NCBI GenBank assembly: GCA_964016885.1
Contig: OZ024762.1
Coordinates: 15,066,001 to 15,130,000, forward strand
Length of the DNA stretch: 64,000 nucleotides
Origin: Eledone cirrhosa
Taxonomy: Eukaryota
Reading direction: 5' to 3'
Part shown: piece after piece, positions 52,393-64,000 of the stretch
Layout: every line of letters begins with the position of its first letter
Position numbering within the stretch: the first letter of the stretch is position 1
The notes under the pieces: generated by a model
Database searches by the model: none
The model's input: only the letters and a program-made list of their open reading frames with translations
What the model was told of the DNA's origin: nothing
Program-made: the position numbers and the translations under genes

Positions 52393-53094
52393 AGTTCGAA
52401 GTGAAAACTACAGATTGATAAATTATTTTGAATTTACTACACAAACTAATCTAATAGTAACCATTAATATGACATATTTTAACCTTTAGAAGACGTAAAC
52501 TGAAATTTTTAAATCATTTTATTCGAAAATTCGAAGTAAAAGAAGTGTTGTACATTGAATATTATATGAAATTTAATATGTTATCTAGATATGTTAAACA
52601 CACAATTAAAATTTAGTTATCGTCTGCTTTGTTAGAGGGAAATTAAACATTTCTTTTTATGATGGCAGCGAAGGCGATTGACTAAGTCAGCTGTTGTTTT
52701 ACTGTGAGTTCAATTATGTAGACACTCATATACATATATACACGCACACACACATATGCATGCATATATATGTGTGCATATGTATATATGTTGTATATAC
52801 AGGGGGAATAGGCGGGCCATAATTATATTTTTTTTATATGGGCCCCCCATAATTATATTTTTCTTCCCAAACTACCAAAACACATCTATTTGTATATGCG
52901 CTACAATTTATGTATATGTTATGTAGAGACAGATGGGAGAGATAGATATAGATATAAAGAGGGGAAGAGTTTGGTGGTAATTGATATAGAGAGGAAGGTT
53001 GGGAGAGTGTTTGTATATTAGATATAGCGAGGGAGAATAGCCATAGTAAATGAATGCGTGTGTATGTATGTATATATATATATATATATATATA

Positions 53095-53284
53095 TAACGA
53101 AGGAAATGTGGTAAGGAACCAGGTGGACCATAACGCACCAAAGTACTCAATACTTAGGGTAGTAGAGTGGGTAATAGGAACAAGTAAGACCCCGACGGCT
53201 GAGCTCAAGCCGTTTCGACGGCTAATTCTGTACAGAATTAGACATCGAAACGGCTTGAGCTCAGCCGTCGGGGTCTTACTTGTT

Positions 53285-53289
<5 letters not shown>
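53095..53289. repeat. Element with terminal palindrome (53174-53289) carrying a 3' half hammerhead; second copy at 50830-50952
   Basis: Centre CTGT|ACAG; GAAAC-GGCTTGAGCTCAGCC-GTC; flanked by (TA)n. Confidence 0.75.
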
Positions 53290-53328
<39 letters not shown>

Positions 53329-53423
53329 TTTTGGGTTTATGTTGGTTGTATACCAACACCTCAGTATGCAGGCTGGAGCACTCGACGAAGTGCGCAGGTT
53401 GGTTTGGTTACTTCGGAGTAGTG

Positions 53424-53856
53424 TAAAATAAAGTTAAATAAAAGTCAAATGATTAAAATTTAGCTTCGTTTATTACTGCTATATATATTTCAGTGACAGC
53501 CATCTTTGGCTGTGACCTCTTCAGGCAGTTTGAATTAGTATGGTATAGACAAGTACATATGTTGTTTAGGTGTATAATATTGTCAATACTCTGATATGCC
53601 CAGTTCCTTGTTTGGTTGTTAATTCACTGGGGAACTGGACTCCAGTTCCTCAGTGAAATAACAATCCAACAAGGAACTGGGCATATCAGAGTATTGACAA
53701 TATTATACACCTAAACAACATATGTACTTGTCTATACCATACTAATTCAAACTGCCTGAAGAGGTCACAGCCAAAGATGGCTGTCACTGAAATATATATA
53801 GCAGTAATAAACGAAGCTAAATTTTAATCATTTGACTTTTATTTAACTTTATTTTA
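53424..53856. mobile_element. Palindromic ribozyme-bearing element (putative non-autonomous Penelope-like)
   Basis: Arms of about 216 bp centred on 53640; one hammerhead per arm reading outward; ends in (TA)n. Confidence 0.65.
53751..53805 (+). ncRNA. Minimal type I hammerhead ribozyme motif (mirror copy on - at 53475-53529)
   Basis: ACTGC-CTGAAGA-GGTCACAGCCA(AAGA)TGGCTGTCACT-GAAAT-ATAT-ATA-GCAGT, followed by AATAAA. Confidence 0.78.
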
Positions 53857-53964
53857 TATATATATATAAATGAAGTAATTCCGTCGGAAAGGTCCAGGAA
53901 AAAAGAGTGCCCTATGTAGGTTACAGAGATTAATAGTTACATAATAAACAACATAAGATAATTA

Positions 53965-54025
53965 TTTCATTTACCAGTGGTTTCTTGAAAGCAAACAAAT
54001 GTTGCTTTCAATCATCAGAATGAAA
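53965..54025 (-). ncRNA. Type I hammerhead ribozyme motif
   Basis: TTTCATT-CTGATGA-TTGAAAGCAA(CATTTGT)TTGCTTTCAA-GAAACC-ACT-GGTA-AATGAAA. Confidence 0.8.
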
Positions 54026-54100
54026 AAATCCTGGTGTATTTATTGACATTGGATTTTAAAAACAAAAATATAATCTATATGAAAGTGAGGCTGGAAAATG

Positions 54101-54170
<70 letters not shown>

Positions 54171-54275
54171 CATACACATATACATACACGTACAAATACA
54201 CATAGATATACATATACATACATACACATATATATATCAACATATCCATACATACACATACATACAAATACATAA

Positions 54276-54318
<43 letters not shown>

Positions 54319-54529
54319 TATATATATATATACATACATACACACAATCATACATATATATACACATACATACACACACATACATACACATATATACACG
54401 CATACACAAATATAAATATATGTATACACACCTACATACGCACACACACAAATAATTATAAGAACAAATATTCCCATAAGAATAAAAATGTATGTGTGTA
54501 TGTATGTATCTATATATATATATATATAT

Positions 54530-55333
54530 ATGACCCCTTAGCCTTTGTCAAGGCAGAATTCTAGGAGAAGGAAAACTCTGATATAACACCTGCAACCCTG
54601 ATGGTATCCAATGATGTTGACTTGTTCTTCTTTTTGGTAAATATCATCTCGGTTAAGAGAGTGGGACTGGCTTTGTGCAGTGCCTTTGCTCACTATAAAA
54701 GCTTCACGGCACAGGCATGGCTTTATATCTGGAGATCTCTCTGCACTTGTCGTCACATGGTACCATGGGCCCAGCACTATGTGTCAATAATTGTCACAAG
54801 TGTAGTGTTTGTACCAGAGTTTTCAAGTCGCTGGCTGGACTAAAAAGTCACACTCGTTCAGCGCATCAGTAGGGGTTCTCCTACATGGATATAAAGTAGT
54901 GGCCGTACTCGAAAACTAGTTGGCAGCCACCATATATTGGCTGCCAACTCGTTTTCGAGTACGGCCACTACTTTATATCCATGTAGGAGAACCGCTACCG
55001 ATGCGCTGAACGAATGTGACTTTTTAGTCCAGCCACTTGAAAACTCTGGTACAAACACTACACTTGTGACAATTATTGACACATAGTGCTGGGCCCATGG
55101 TACCATGTGACGACAAGTGCAGAGAGATCTCCAGATATAAAGCAATGCCTCTGCCGTGAAGCTTTTATAGTGAGCAAAGGCACTGCACAAAGCCAGTCCC
55201 ACTCTCTTAACCGAGATGATATTTACCAAAAAGAAGAACAAGTCAACATCATTGGATACCATCAGGGTTGCAGGTGTTATATCAGAGTTTTCCTTCTCCT
55301 AGAATTCTGCCTTGACAAAGGCTAAGGGGTCAT
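54530..55333. repeat. About 800-bp inverted repeat (arms about 400 bp); family relative at 63640-63850
   Basis: ATGACCCCTTAGCC...GGCTAAGGGGTCAT, centre about 54933. Confidence 0.92.
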
Positions 55334-55501
55334 CTCTCCCGGTGATTTTGGATGGCCATTGACTCTTAAGAGCTCCTTTACATACATATATACACTCTTA
55401 AGAGCTCCTATACATACATATGCATACATATACACATACATACACACATACATATATACATATGTATATATATACACATATATATATATACATGCATACA
55501 T

Positions 55502-55542
<41 letters not shown>

Positions 55543-55574
55543 TATATACATACATACATATATATATATATACA

Positions 55575-58500
55575 TATCTCCCTGGAGCACTCCAGCCAAT
55601 ATCTCAAAGAACTCTGTCATCCCATCAGGTGTAATGACTTGGGCTTTGGTGTTGGTGTAGAGCAGTGATATCAGGTCCACTATCCTCTTGGGGATTCCAT
55701 AAGCCGGTAAGATCTTCATCAGGCAGTAACGGTCCACAGAATCAAAGGCCTTCCTAAAGTCAATGAAAACCATGACCGCAGGAAGGCACTTTGCTCTAGC
55801 TCCCTCTAATATCCTCCTCAGCATCAGGATGTGACTGGTGGTTGATCTACCCTCTCTGAAGCCGTTCTGGTTGTCCCTGAGCTTCTCCATCTCAGGCTGG
55901 ATCCTGTTAAGAATCATCCTGTTGAGGGTCTTTGCCACAAGTGACGTCAGTGAGATCCCCCGGTAGTTGTTGGTGTTAGAGAGATCTCCCTTCTTTGGCA
56001 CTGGGACGATGTTACTGATCCTCCACTGATTCGGGGCAACTCCTTTCTCCAGTGCCCCGTTACAGAACCCCAGGATGATATCATCAAAATCACACCTCTT
56101 CATCACCTCTGATGCCACTCCATCTTCTCCATGAGCCTTGCCCTCCTTGATCTTCTTCTTGGCTCTCTGAAGCTCCTCTCTGGTGAAGGGCTCTGTCTCA
56201 ACATCCAGTTCCTCAAACAGCCGCCGGGTCTCCCCAGTGCTCTGGGCTGTGGAGGGTGGCTCTCCTAGTAGGGTCCTAAAATGGTCTAGCCATTTCCTCT
56301 TCCTATCCTCGGGCCCCGTTCCCTGGATCTGACTCGAACACTTTTTCTTCCTCCCTGTGATCTCGTTGATGATCATCCAGCTCTCCTTACATCCAGATCT
56401 GTCAACCGCTCTCTCCACACTTCTGATCTTCTCTATCAGTGCCTCCTCTCTGACCTCAGTGTAAGCGGTACAGAGCTCTTCCCTCATCACCTCCACAGTC
56501 TCCATCCTCTCCTCCGTAGGATCAGCATAGAATTGGTCCCTGGTAGCTTTCAGGTGTTCTCTGGCTGCACACACTTTTGGGTTTGCAGAGCCGACGTGCT
56601 TCCCTTTGTTCTTTTTCCTCGGCACCAGGGTTTCACTTGCTTTCGCCACTGCATTGGTGAAGTGCCCGTACCTCCTCGTCACACTCTCCTCAGTCCATCC
56701 AATCTCTCTCTCCTCTGACTCTCCACACAGAGCACTAAACCTGTTTCTCACTTCCACTGTGAACCTCTCCTGTAGCTTATCATCTTCCTTGAAAGCTCCC
56801 CAGTCATAGATTGTTCTCCGGGGCTGAGCCTTGCTCTTTCTTAAGCTCACGCGGACCTCACTCATAACAAGCCGGTGGTCACTACCCAGTGTACTGAAAT
56901 AGCTGTATGGTTCCGTGTTCAGAACACTATTCCGCCACTTTTTCCTCACCAGAATGAAATCAATCTGGGACTTGGACAGGTGCATATCTGAGATGTAGGT
57001 CCACATCTTCCCCAGATTCTTCCTAAACCTTAGGTTGGTCGCCATCAAGTTCGCCTCCAGCAGGGTGTCTCTCAGTAGTCTTCCATTTCGGTTGGTGTTG
57101 TTATGGAAGTACCAGCAAGGATCTTCACTGCCCTCCTTACTCAGATGTGCATTGAAGTCCCCCAAAACAAGCAGGATATTGTGTGCCTGAGTGGTGTTGA
57201 CAGCTCTACACACCTCCTCATGGAACTCCTCGGCATTCACATCACTGTCCCCCTCGGTTGGACTATAGGCTGAGATGACTGTCAGTCTTGGGTTTCCATT
57301 GAAGGTCACCCTCAACACTCGCGGGGAGATAGGCATTATTTCCCTCACCAACAGATTGGTTTTTGCACTGAACACAAAACCCACTCCTCCTACTGCAGCA
57401 TTTGTTGTGTTCTTCACTGCCGATGTAGTGATGAGCTGGCTCTTCCTCCCGATCATCACACTCCTCACGGGCTCATCGTGTAGAATCCTGTGTTCTTGGA
57501 TCGCAAGTATCTGTATACCACTCTCCTCAAACAGATGTCCCAACTCCTCTCTCTTCTCCAACGTTCGAATAGTCCTCACATTCAAAGTGCCCATTTTGAT
57601 AGCTCTTCTGCAGGACAAAACTGCATTCTTTATATTTGTCTCAGAGACAGCTGATCCATCATCCACTGGCCCTCTCTGTGGCTCTAAGCCAGCAGAGTCA
57701 TAACGACCAGGCTGCTCCTTGACAGTGTAATTAGGGGCTCTAACCCTAGTGCTGTTAGATCGACTCTCCATATTTCTTTTCAATGGCTGACAATACCTTA
57801 CCGGCGCCACTCGAATAAGGTAGTTATTTAACCCATAAATGGAGCCCTATCAGGTACTACCACCCCGGGCCAGGGCAGACCTGGGAGTCATGACAACTAA
57901 GGGGTAACTCCACATTCCCCACATCTCCTGAACTCCCGAACTGGAGCCTTGCCACTGGATGTAGTTTAATGTCATACCCAGGACATTGGCTCCCTACCTT
58001 TTTATCATCGTAGTGGACTATTGTATGCGCCTTGCACTGGAGAAACACCAGGACACTGGCTTTACTGTAGCGCCGGCTCAGAGCAGGAGAGTTGGGGCGA
58101 AAAAGGTATCGGATGCTGAATTTGCCGACGACATAGTTTTGGTGACAAATACAGTGAAGGAGGCAGAGGATTTGATGCGGGAGGTTGAGACTGTGTCGAT
58201 GAGTGTGGGGCTGAGAATGAATGAGACTAAAACAAAATATCTGGTAGAGAATGTTGAGAAGCCAGAGGGGATCACTAATGTAGGCGGGAAGCCGCTGGAA
58301 TTGGTTGAGGACTTCCTGTATTTGGGAGCAAAGATTGGGAATACGGAAGATGATGTGGTTGAGAGGAAGAGCAAGGCCTGGGCGGCGTGTCACAGCTTGA
58401 GATCGGTGTGGAAGTCGGACCTTCGTGGAGACCTGAAAATCCGCCTCTTCATTGCTGTAGTGGAGTCTGTGCTGCTGTATGGGTCTGAGACTTGGACACT

Positions 58501-58892
58501 GACCAAGAGACTCACTCAGATGGTGGATGGGTGCTACACGAGAATGCTGAGGATGGCTCTGAACATTAATCAGTATACACTGAGGATGAAAAACTCAGAG
58601 CTGTATGGGAGCATCCCAAAAGTCAGCTCAAAAGTGACACAGAGGAGACTGAGGTTGGCTGGACATGCTCACCGACATCCAGAGTTGACATTGCACTCAG
58701 TGCTCCTTTGGGAGCCCCTACATGGACACACTGGAAGAGGAAGACCAAGGTTAACATATGTTGATGCCCTAAGGACAGACACTGGTCTGTTGGAGATGCA
58801 GGATATGGCAGCGATAATGAGGGACAGAGACCGCTGGAGAGAACTCGTCCATGGATTTCGGGAATTTTACCCGCCTTAGATAGATAGATAGA
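55575..58892. mobile_element. RTE-like LINE (APE endonuclease plus RT) with inverted 5' portion
   Basis: Minus 57985-55575 holds the 5'UTR, EN (TLNVRT, IQEHR, SAYSPT, LGDFNA, QIDFIL, SDHRLV) and RT up to AGVLQGD. Plus 57983-58879 continues TLAPYLF..FADD..LLYGSETW..GRPR, then a (TAGA)n tail. Confidence 0.93.
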
Positions 58893-58967
58893 TATATACA
58901 TATGTCAATACCTAATAAATTCCTTTATAAAAGCACTTTCATTTTATATTCATTTTTTCTATATATA

Positions 58968-61142
58968 TCATCATCATCAACGTTTAACGTCCGTGTTCCA
59001 CGCTTGCATGGGTTTGGACGGGGGTATTCCCACTTGAGGCAAGAGTGATTGTCTTGCTCGCATAGGACTGTCTGGAAGGTCTTCTACAGTTGGATGCCCT
59101 TCCTAACACCAACCACATTTACAGTGTGGGTCTGGGAGGTTTTTACCGTGTTACCTACACGGCCACATTACAGCGTGGACTGTGTGTGTGTTTTTTTGTC
59201 GTGACACCTACACGACCTCATTTGTTTCGGCCTGGATGGCGCGGCACCAACATAACTTTACATAGAACGGGGTGGTGTGGATGGGGTGGGGGTGGGGGTG
59301 GTGGGACGGGGTGTATTTTGTTAGAGATGCCTACTGGCTGTAGTAGGTTTTACTATGTATTTAGGTAAGGCGGGTCTTCTCTGTTACTGAGTACCGCCAA
59401 AGGTCATTGACATTGTCTTGGAGAGGTGTAAGTGTGTGAGGTCGGAGTTTATCAGCTCGTCCCAGGTTTTTCTAGGTCTGCCTATTCCGTGGCTACCGTC
59501 TATCTTTATTGCCCTGCACTTTGTTATACAGCTATCGACTTTCATGCGCATCATGTGTCCATACCAACGTAGCCTTCTCTCGAGTAAACATATCTGATCC
59601 CTCTTATTTCTAATTGTTTCCTTAGTTCGTTTATGCTTTGCCGTTCACGTATATTACTGTTACACATCAAGCGGAGCATGCAAGCTTCGTTCCTCTCTAG
59701 TCTGCGTATATCCTCTGCACACAATGCCCAGGTCTCACTGCCATGCAGCATTGCTGTTCGTATGCAGGCATCATACAACCTGCCTTTCATTTTTAGGGAG
59801 AACCATTTAGCAGCTAATAGTGGTATAAGCTCTCTGAACTTTTTCCAACCAGTTCTGACTCTAGCTACTGTACTTTCAGAGCACCCTCCCCCACTGTTGA
59901 TTTTATCGCCCAGGTAACGGAAGCTGTCCACTATTTCTATAGAACCCTCTGCGCAATTGAAAGAGCTAGTATTTTGTGGGCACTTGCTGCTACTTATTGC
60001 ACCAGAGCACCGGCCACATGTAAAATCTATGTTCTTAGTTAGCTTACCTGTGATCCCACTACATCTTTTATGCACCCATACTTTGCATTTGGGACATAAA
60101 ATGGAGTTTCTACCTACGCCTTTCCTACACACTGAGCATGACCATTTCCCAGAAGGGACCGGTGCCTTATTTTCTTTCCTACAAACTAGAACTTTAGTCT
60201 TAGCCAGGTTAATTTTAAGTCCTTTTGATTCTAGGCCGTGCTTCCATGTTTGGAATTTTTTCTCTAGCTCGGCCATTGATTCAGCTATGAGTGTCAGGTC
60301 GTCTGCGTATAGGAGTTCCCATGGGCAGCCGGTCTTGAACTCCTCTGTTATAGCCTGAAGGGCAATAATAAATAGTAGGGGGCTGAGAACAGAGCCCTGA
60401 TGGACGCCAACTTTTACGCTAAACTCTTCACTATATTCGTTGTTAATTCTAACCTTGCTCACTGTTTCTTTATACATGGCTTGTATAGCTCTCACAAGCC
60501 ATTATACTCCCCTCGACTAACACTGCTGGTCCCTCTATTGGGTCGATGTGGGGGAGACTGTCTTTCTCCCATTTATTCTCCTCATTTAGTAGCCTTTCAT
60601 AGTGACACTTCCAAGCTACCTTCTTATCAGTGTCGGTGATGGCAAGTACGCCGTCATCATTAAGTACACACTTCTCCCCGACAATATCACGGTTTTCCTT
60701 GATGCATTGCCTAGCAATCCTGAACACCTCATGTTTTTGGTCCTCGCGTTGTAGAACATGCTTGAACTTTCTTTCCTCTGCTTCCCTTCTTGCGAAGTAC
60801 ACTTGTCTCCTAGCTTCCCTCCTGGCCACTTGATAGTCTTCTCTACTTCCCCCATCCCGCCATACTTTCCAAGCCTGCTTTTTGGCCTTAATTGACCCCT
60901 CCACCTTACTGTTCCACCACCATGTTACTCTCCTCCTGCCTACAGGCCTGCTCCAGCCACAGACTTCGTCTGTCGCCATCAGCAGGTTTGCTTTCAGAAA
61001 TTCCCACTGTCCCTCTATATTGTCCGACTCTAAATGCTCTTCCTTACTGTCGAAAGCATCAAGTAATATGCTTTGAAATTTATTTCTGGCTGTGGGGTCC
61101 TTTAGCTTCCATATTTTTCTCCTGAGGATAGTCCTCTTCTGC
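58968..61142 (-). mobile_element. Second copy of the PHD-finger LINE, with an internal deletion near 60500 and a frameshift
   Basis: Near-identical to 9457-11005, plus an upstream ORF segment (WWWNSKV...WKCHYERLLN). Confidence 0.92.
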
Positions 61143-61637
61143 TATATATATATACATACACATATATATACATATATAAAAAAAAAGGGTAAAGACCCCC
61201 TTCGGTCACGAATGACCATGGGATTTGCACCTAGAAAGTTTTCCTCCGAGGCACAAGTCCAGGCAAGGTTGTTTGTGGAAGACCAGCAGTCGCCCATACA
61301 TACCAGTCTCCCCTCTGCACGCCACTGATGAGGTCCAAGGGAAAGGCAATGGCTGATACAGCTTGGCACCAGTGACGCTGCAACTCATTTCTACAGCTGA
61401 GTAAACTGGAGCAACGTGAAATAAAGTGTCTTGCTCAAGGAAACAACACATCACCCGGTCCGAGAATTGAACTCACAACCTTTCGATTGCAAGCCCAATG
61501 CTCTAACCACTAAGCCATGTGCCTTCACATATACATATATATATACATATATATACACATATATATACATATATATATATATACACATCTGTATATATAC
61601 ATATATATATATATATATACATATATGTATATACACA

Positions 61638-61765
<128 letters not shown>

Positions 61766-62142
61766 TATATATACATATATATATACATACATACATTTAC
61801 TTTTTTAAGACATTCGTTTTAACACTTTGTATATATATATCATCATCATCACCGTTTTACGTCCGTTCTTCCACGCTAGCATGGGTTAGACGGGTTGTCC
61901 TGTTGTGGGCAGTGTCTGGTCGGCTGACCATGCCTTGCTCATACAGGAACTGATTTGGCTTGATTTCTACAGACCAACCTCATTTACAGTGAGTGGTGGG
62001 TGCTTTTTCGTGGCGCCTACACGTCCACTTTACAGTGTGGGCTGGTGGGGCATATTTTCTATATGCTTCAGCTTGTACCCATGGGAGGTCGGGTACTCTG
62101 TATTACTGCGTGACGCCAGAAGTCACGGTCGTGTGTCATTGT

Positions 62143-62178
<36 letters not shown>

Positions 62179-62182
<4 letters not shown>

Positions 62183-63312
62183 AAGTGTTAAAACGATCAA
62201 ATTTTAGTTTAGAACATTTATTTGCTGACAATTCTTTCTTCCAGAGGGAAGTCTGAAATCATCTGAGCATAAGGAATGTTGAAACATGTAACTAAAATCC
62301 TAGTCATTTAGAACATTTAGGGTACATAATTGTTATTAGTGTCAAAGGCGTCATGTGGAGAGTCAGGAGTTAAAAATATGTTCTGTTTGAAAGAACACAA
62401 TTACAGGCAGCACTGGTTGGAAGTGTAATAGGTATAAGTAAAAAGCACAAGCAAAAAAAATACAGGCAAAAAAGTTATAAGCAAGGAAAATTGGTGTACA
62501 ATGCAGGAGTCAATAGAGTCAATAAGGCATGTGTTAGGAAAGAGTTATAATGCAGTTGAAATAAACATATTTTGTGTGGGGTGTTAAAGCATGTTATAAT
62601 TGTTATAAATGTTTAAGATAGTGTGCAATTTGTTAGAGAGGCATGTGATGATAATTTAGGTATTTGTTATGTAAGGTGTAATGCAAAGCACGTGATAGAG
62701 TTGGGTATGTGATTTTCATTTAAGTGTTTTTGTGTTGTAGTTTGTATGTATGTGTATGTGTTGTTTGTTACAGCTATTAACCGTGGGATTATTTTGAGTC
62801 GTTTATAGTCAATAGGTGTTTGTTTGTTAAATGTAAATTCCGCCGAATTACTGGCCATGTTGTTATTTTAGGTATATTATTTTATGCATTTTTTATCTAC
62901 AAATTATCTTTTCTAGAGTTTGTATTAACCGTTATAACGTTATAACGGTTAATACAAACCCTAGAAAAGATAATTTGTATCAGTGCTGCCTGTAATTGTG
63001 TTCTTTCAAGCAGAACATCTTTTTAACTCCTGACTCTTCTCATGATGCCTTTGACACTAATAACAACTATGTACCCTAAATGTTCTAAATGACTAGGATT
63101 TTTTTACATGTTTCGAAATTCCTTATGCTCAGATGATTCCAGACTTCCCTCTGGAAGAAACAATTGTCAGCAAATAAATGTTCTAAACTAAAATTTGATC
63201 GTTTTAACACTTTGTATCTCGGCTCTGTAAAACACTTGAAAATTTGCATTGAGCCTTTTGTCATACCAGTAACTGGCTAGTACTTAGTACTACCCTACAT
63301 ATTTATAGTTAT
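62179..63312. mobile_element. Inverted-repeat ribozyme-bearing element; related copy at about 24320-24540
   Basis: 62179-62415 is inverted at 62981-63216; internal palindrome 62898-62979; TA-rich flanks. Confidence 0.65.
63126..63172 (+). ncRNA. Hammerhead motif of the same family as 24462-24508, core mutated to CAGATGA (mirror copy on - at 62223-62269)
   Basis: TGCT-CAGATGA-TTCCAGA(CTTCCC)TCTGGAA-GAAAC-AATT-GTC-AGCA-AATAAA. Confidence 0.6.
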
Positions 63313-63343
63313 ATCAAATATATATAAATATAAATATTCTTAT

Positions 63344-63448
<105 letters not shown>

Positions 63449-64000
63449 CAAAAGGCAGAAGAACTCATAAGAGTCAACGGCCATCCAAAAGTGTGTAAAT
63501 ATGTATATACATATATACACATGTACATATGTATGTATATATATGTGTATATACATGGGTGCATGTGTATGTAAATGCGTGGGGACATAGAAAATGTTGG
63601 GCTAGACACCCGATCGCGCGGTTAAACCACAGGGAGTGAAGGACCCCTAGCCTTTGTGAGGGCATTCTTCTAGGAGAAGGTAACTCAGGAAACTGGGATA
63701 ACTCCGATATAAAACCTGCAGCTCAGTAATTACCGATGATGTTGATCTTTTCTTCTTTTCGGGTTATAGCTACTGTCGCTCAGAGAGTGGGATTGGCTCA
63801 GTGCACAGTCTTTCCTCACTTTAAAAAATATCTTCACGCACAGGCATTGCACGATAGAATTAATTAATAATTATTAATAATGGTATAACGTGCAATGGCC
63901 ATACTCGATAACGAGGAGGCAGCCATCATATTTCAATCGAAGATGGTTGGCCTTGAGCAGCTGCTGAGGAATATCGAAGTTATCGAACCCCATTAAGGTT

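Noticed and set aside
52404-52420. ACTACA as a Staf/ZNF143 element upstream of tRNA-Sec
   Set aside because: Lacks the TCCCA core; too short to be meaningful in AT-rich DNA.
63961-64000. CTGAGGA...CGAA hammerhead-like string at the window edge
   Set aside because: Weak stem II, no GAAA, and truncated by the window.

Overview
Eukaryotic, AT-rich, repeat-dense animal DNA. The SINE/LINE repertoire and (TA)n load suggest a coleoid cephalopod such as an octopus (inference). Genes found: (1) SNAPC4/SNAP190, with 23 phase-consistent coding exons on + from 711 to 37614 (5' exon(s) outside the window); most of its introns carry their own minisatellite. (2) A two-exon secreted protein with three WSC domains on - (44787-42554). 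(3) A selenocysteine tRNA gene on - (52313-52227) with TATA, PSE-like and octamer elements, i.e. a SNAPc-type promoter about 15 kb from the SNAPc subunit gene. Mobile DNA: a near full-length RTE-type LINE split by a clean 5' inversion, three copies of a PHD-finger LINE, R4-like and CR1/L2 fragments, hAT, piggyBac and mariner MITEs, a Helitron end and many tRNA-derived SINEs. The most unusual signal is a set of minimal type I hammerhead ribozyme motifs in several unrelated sequence families. Several sit as mirror pairs in long near-perfect palindromes next to (TA)n tracts, resembling non-autonomous Penelope-like elements. All calls were made by eye; no searches or folding programs were run.
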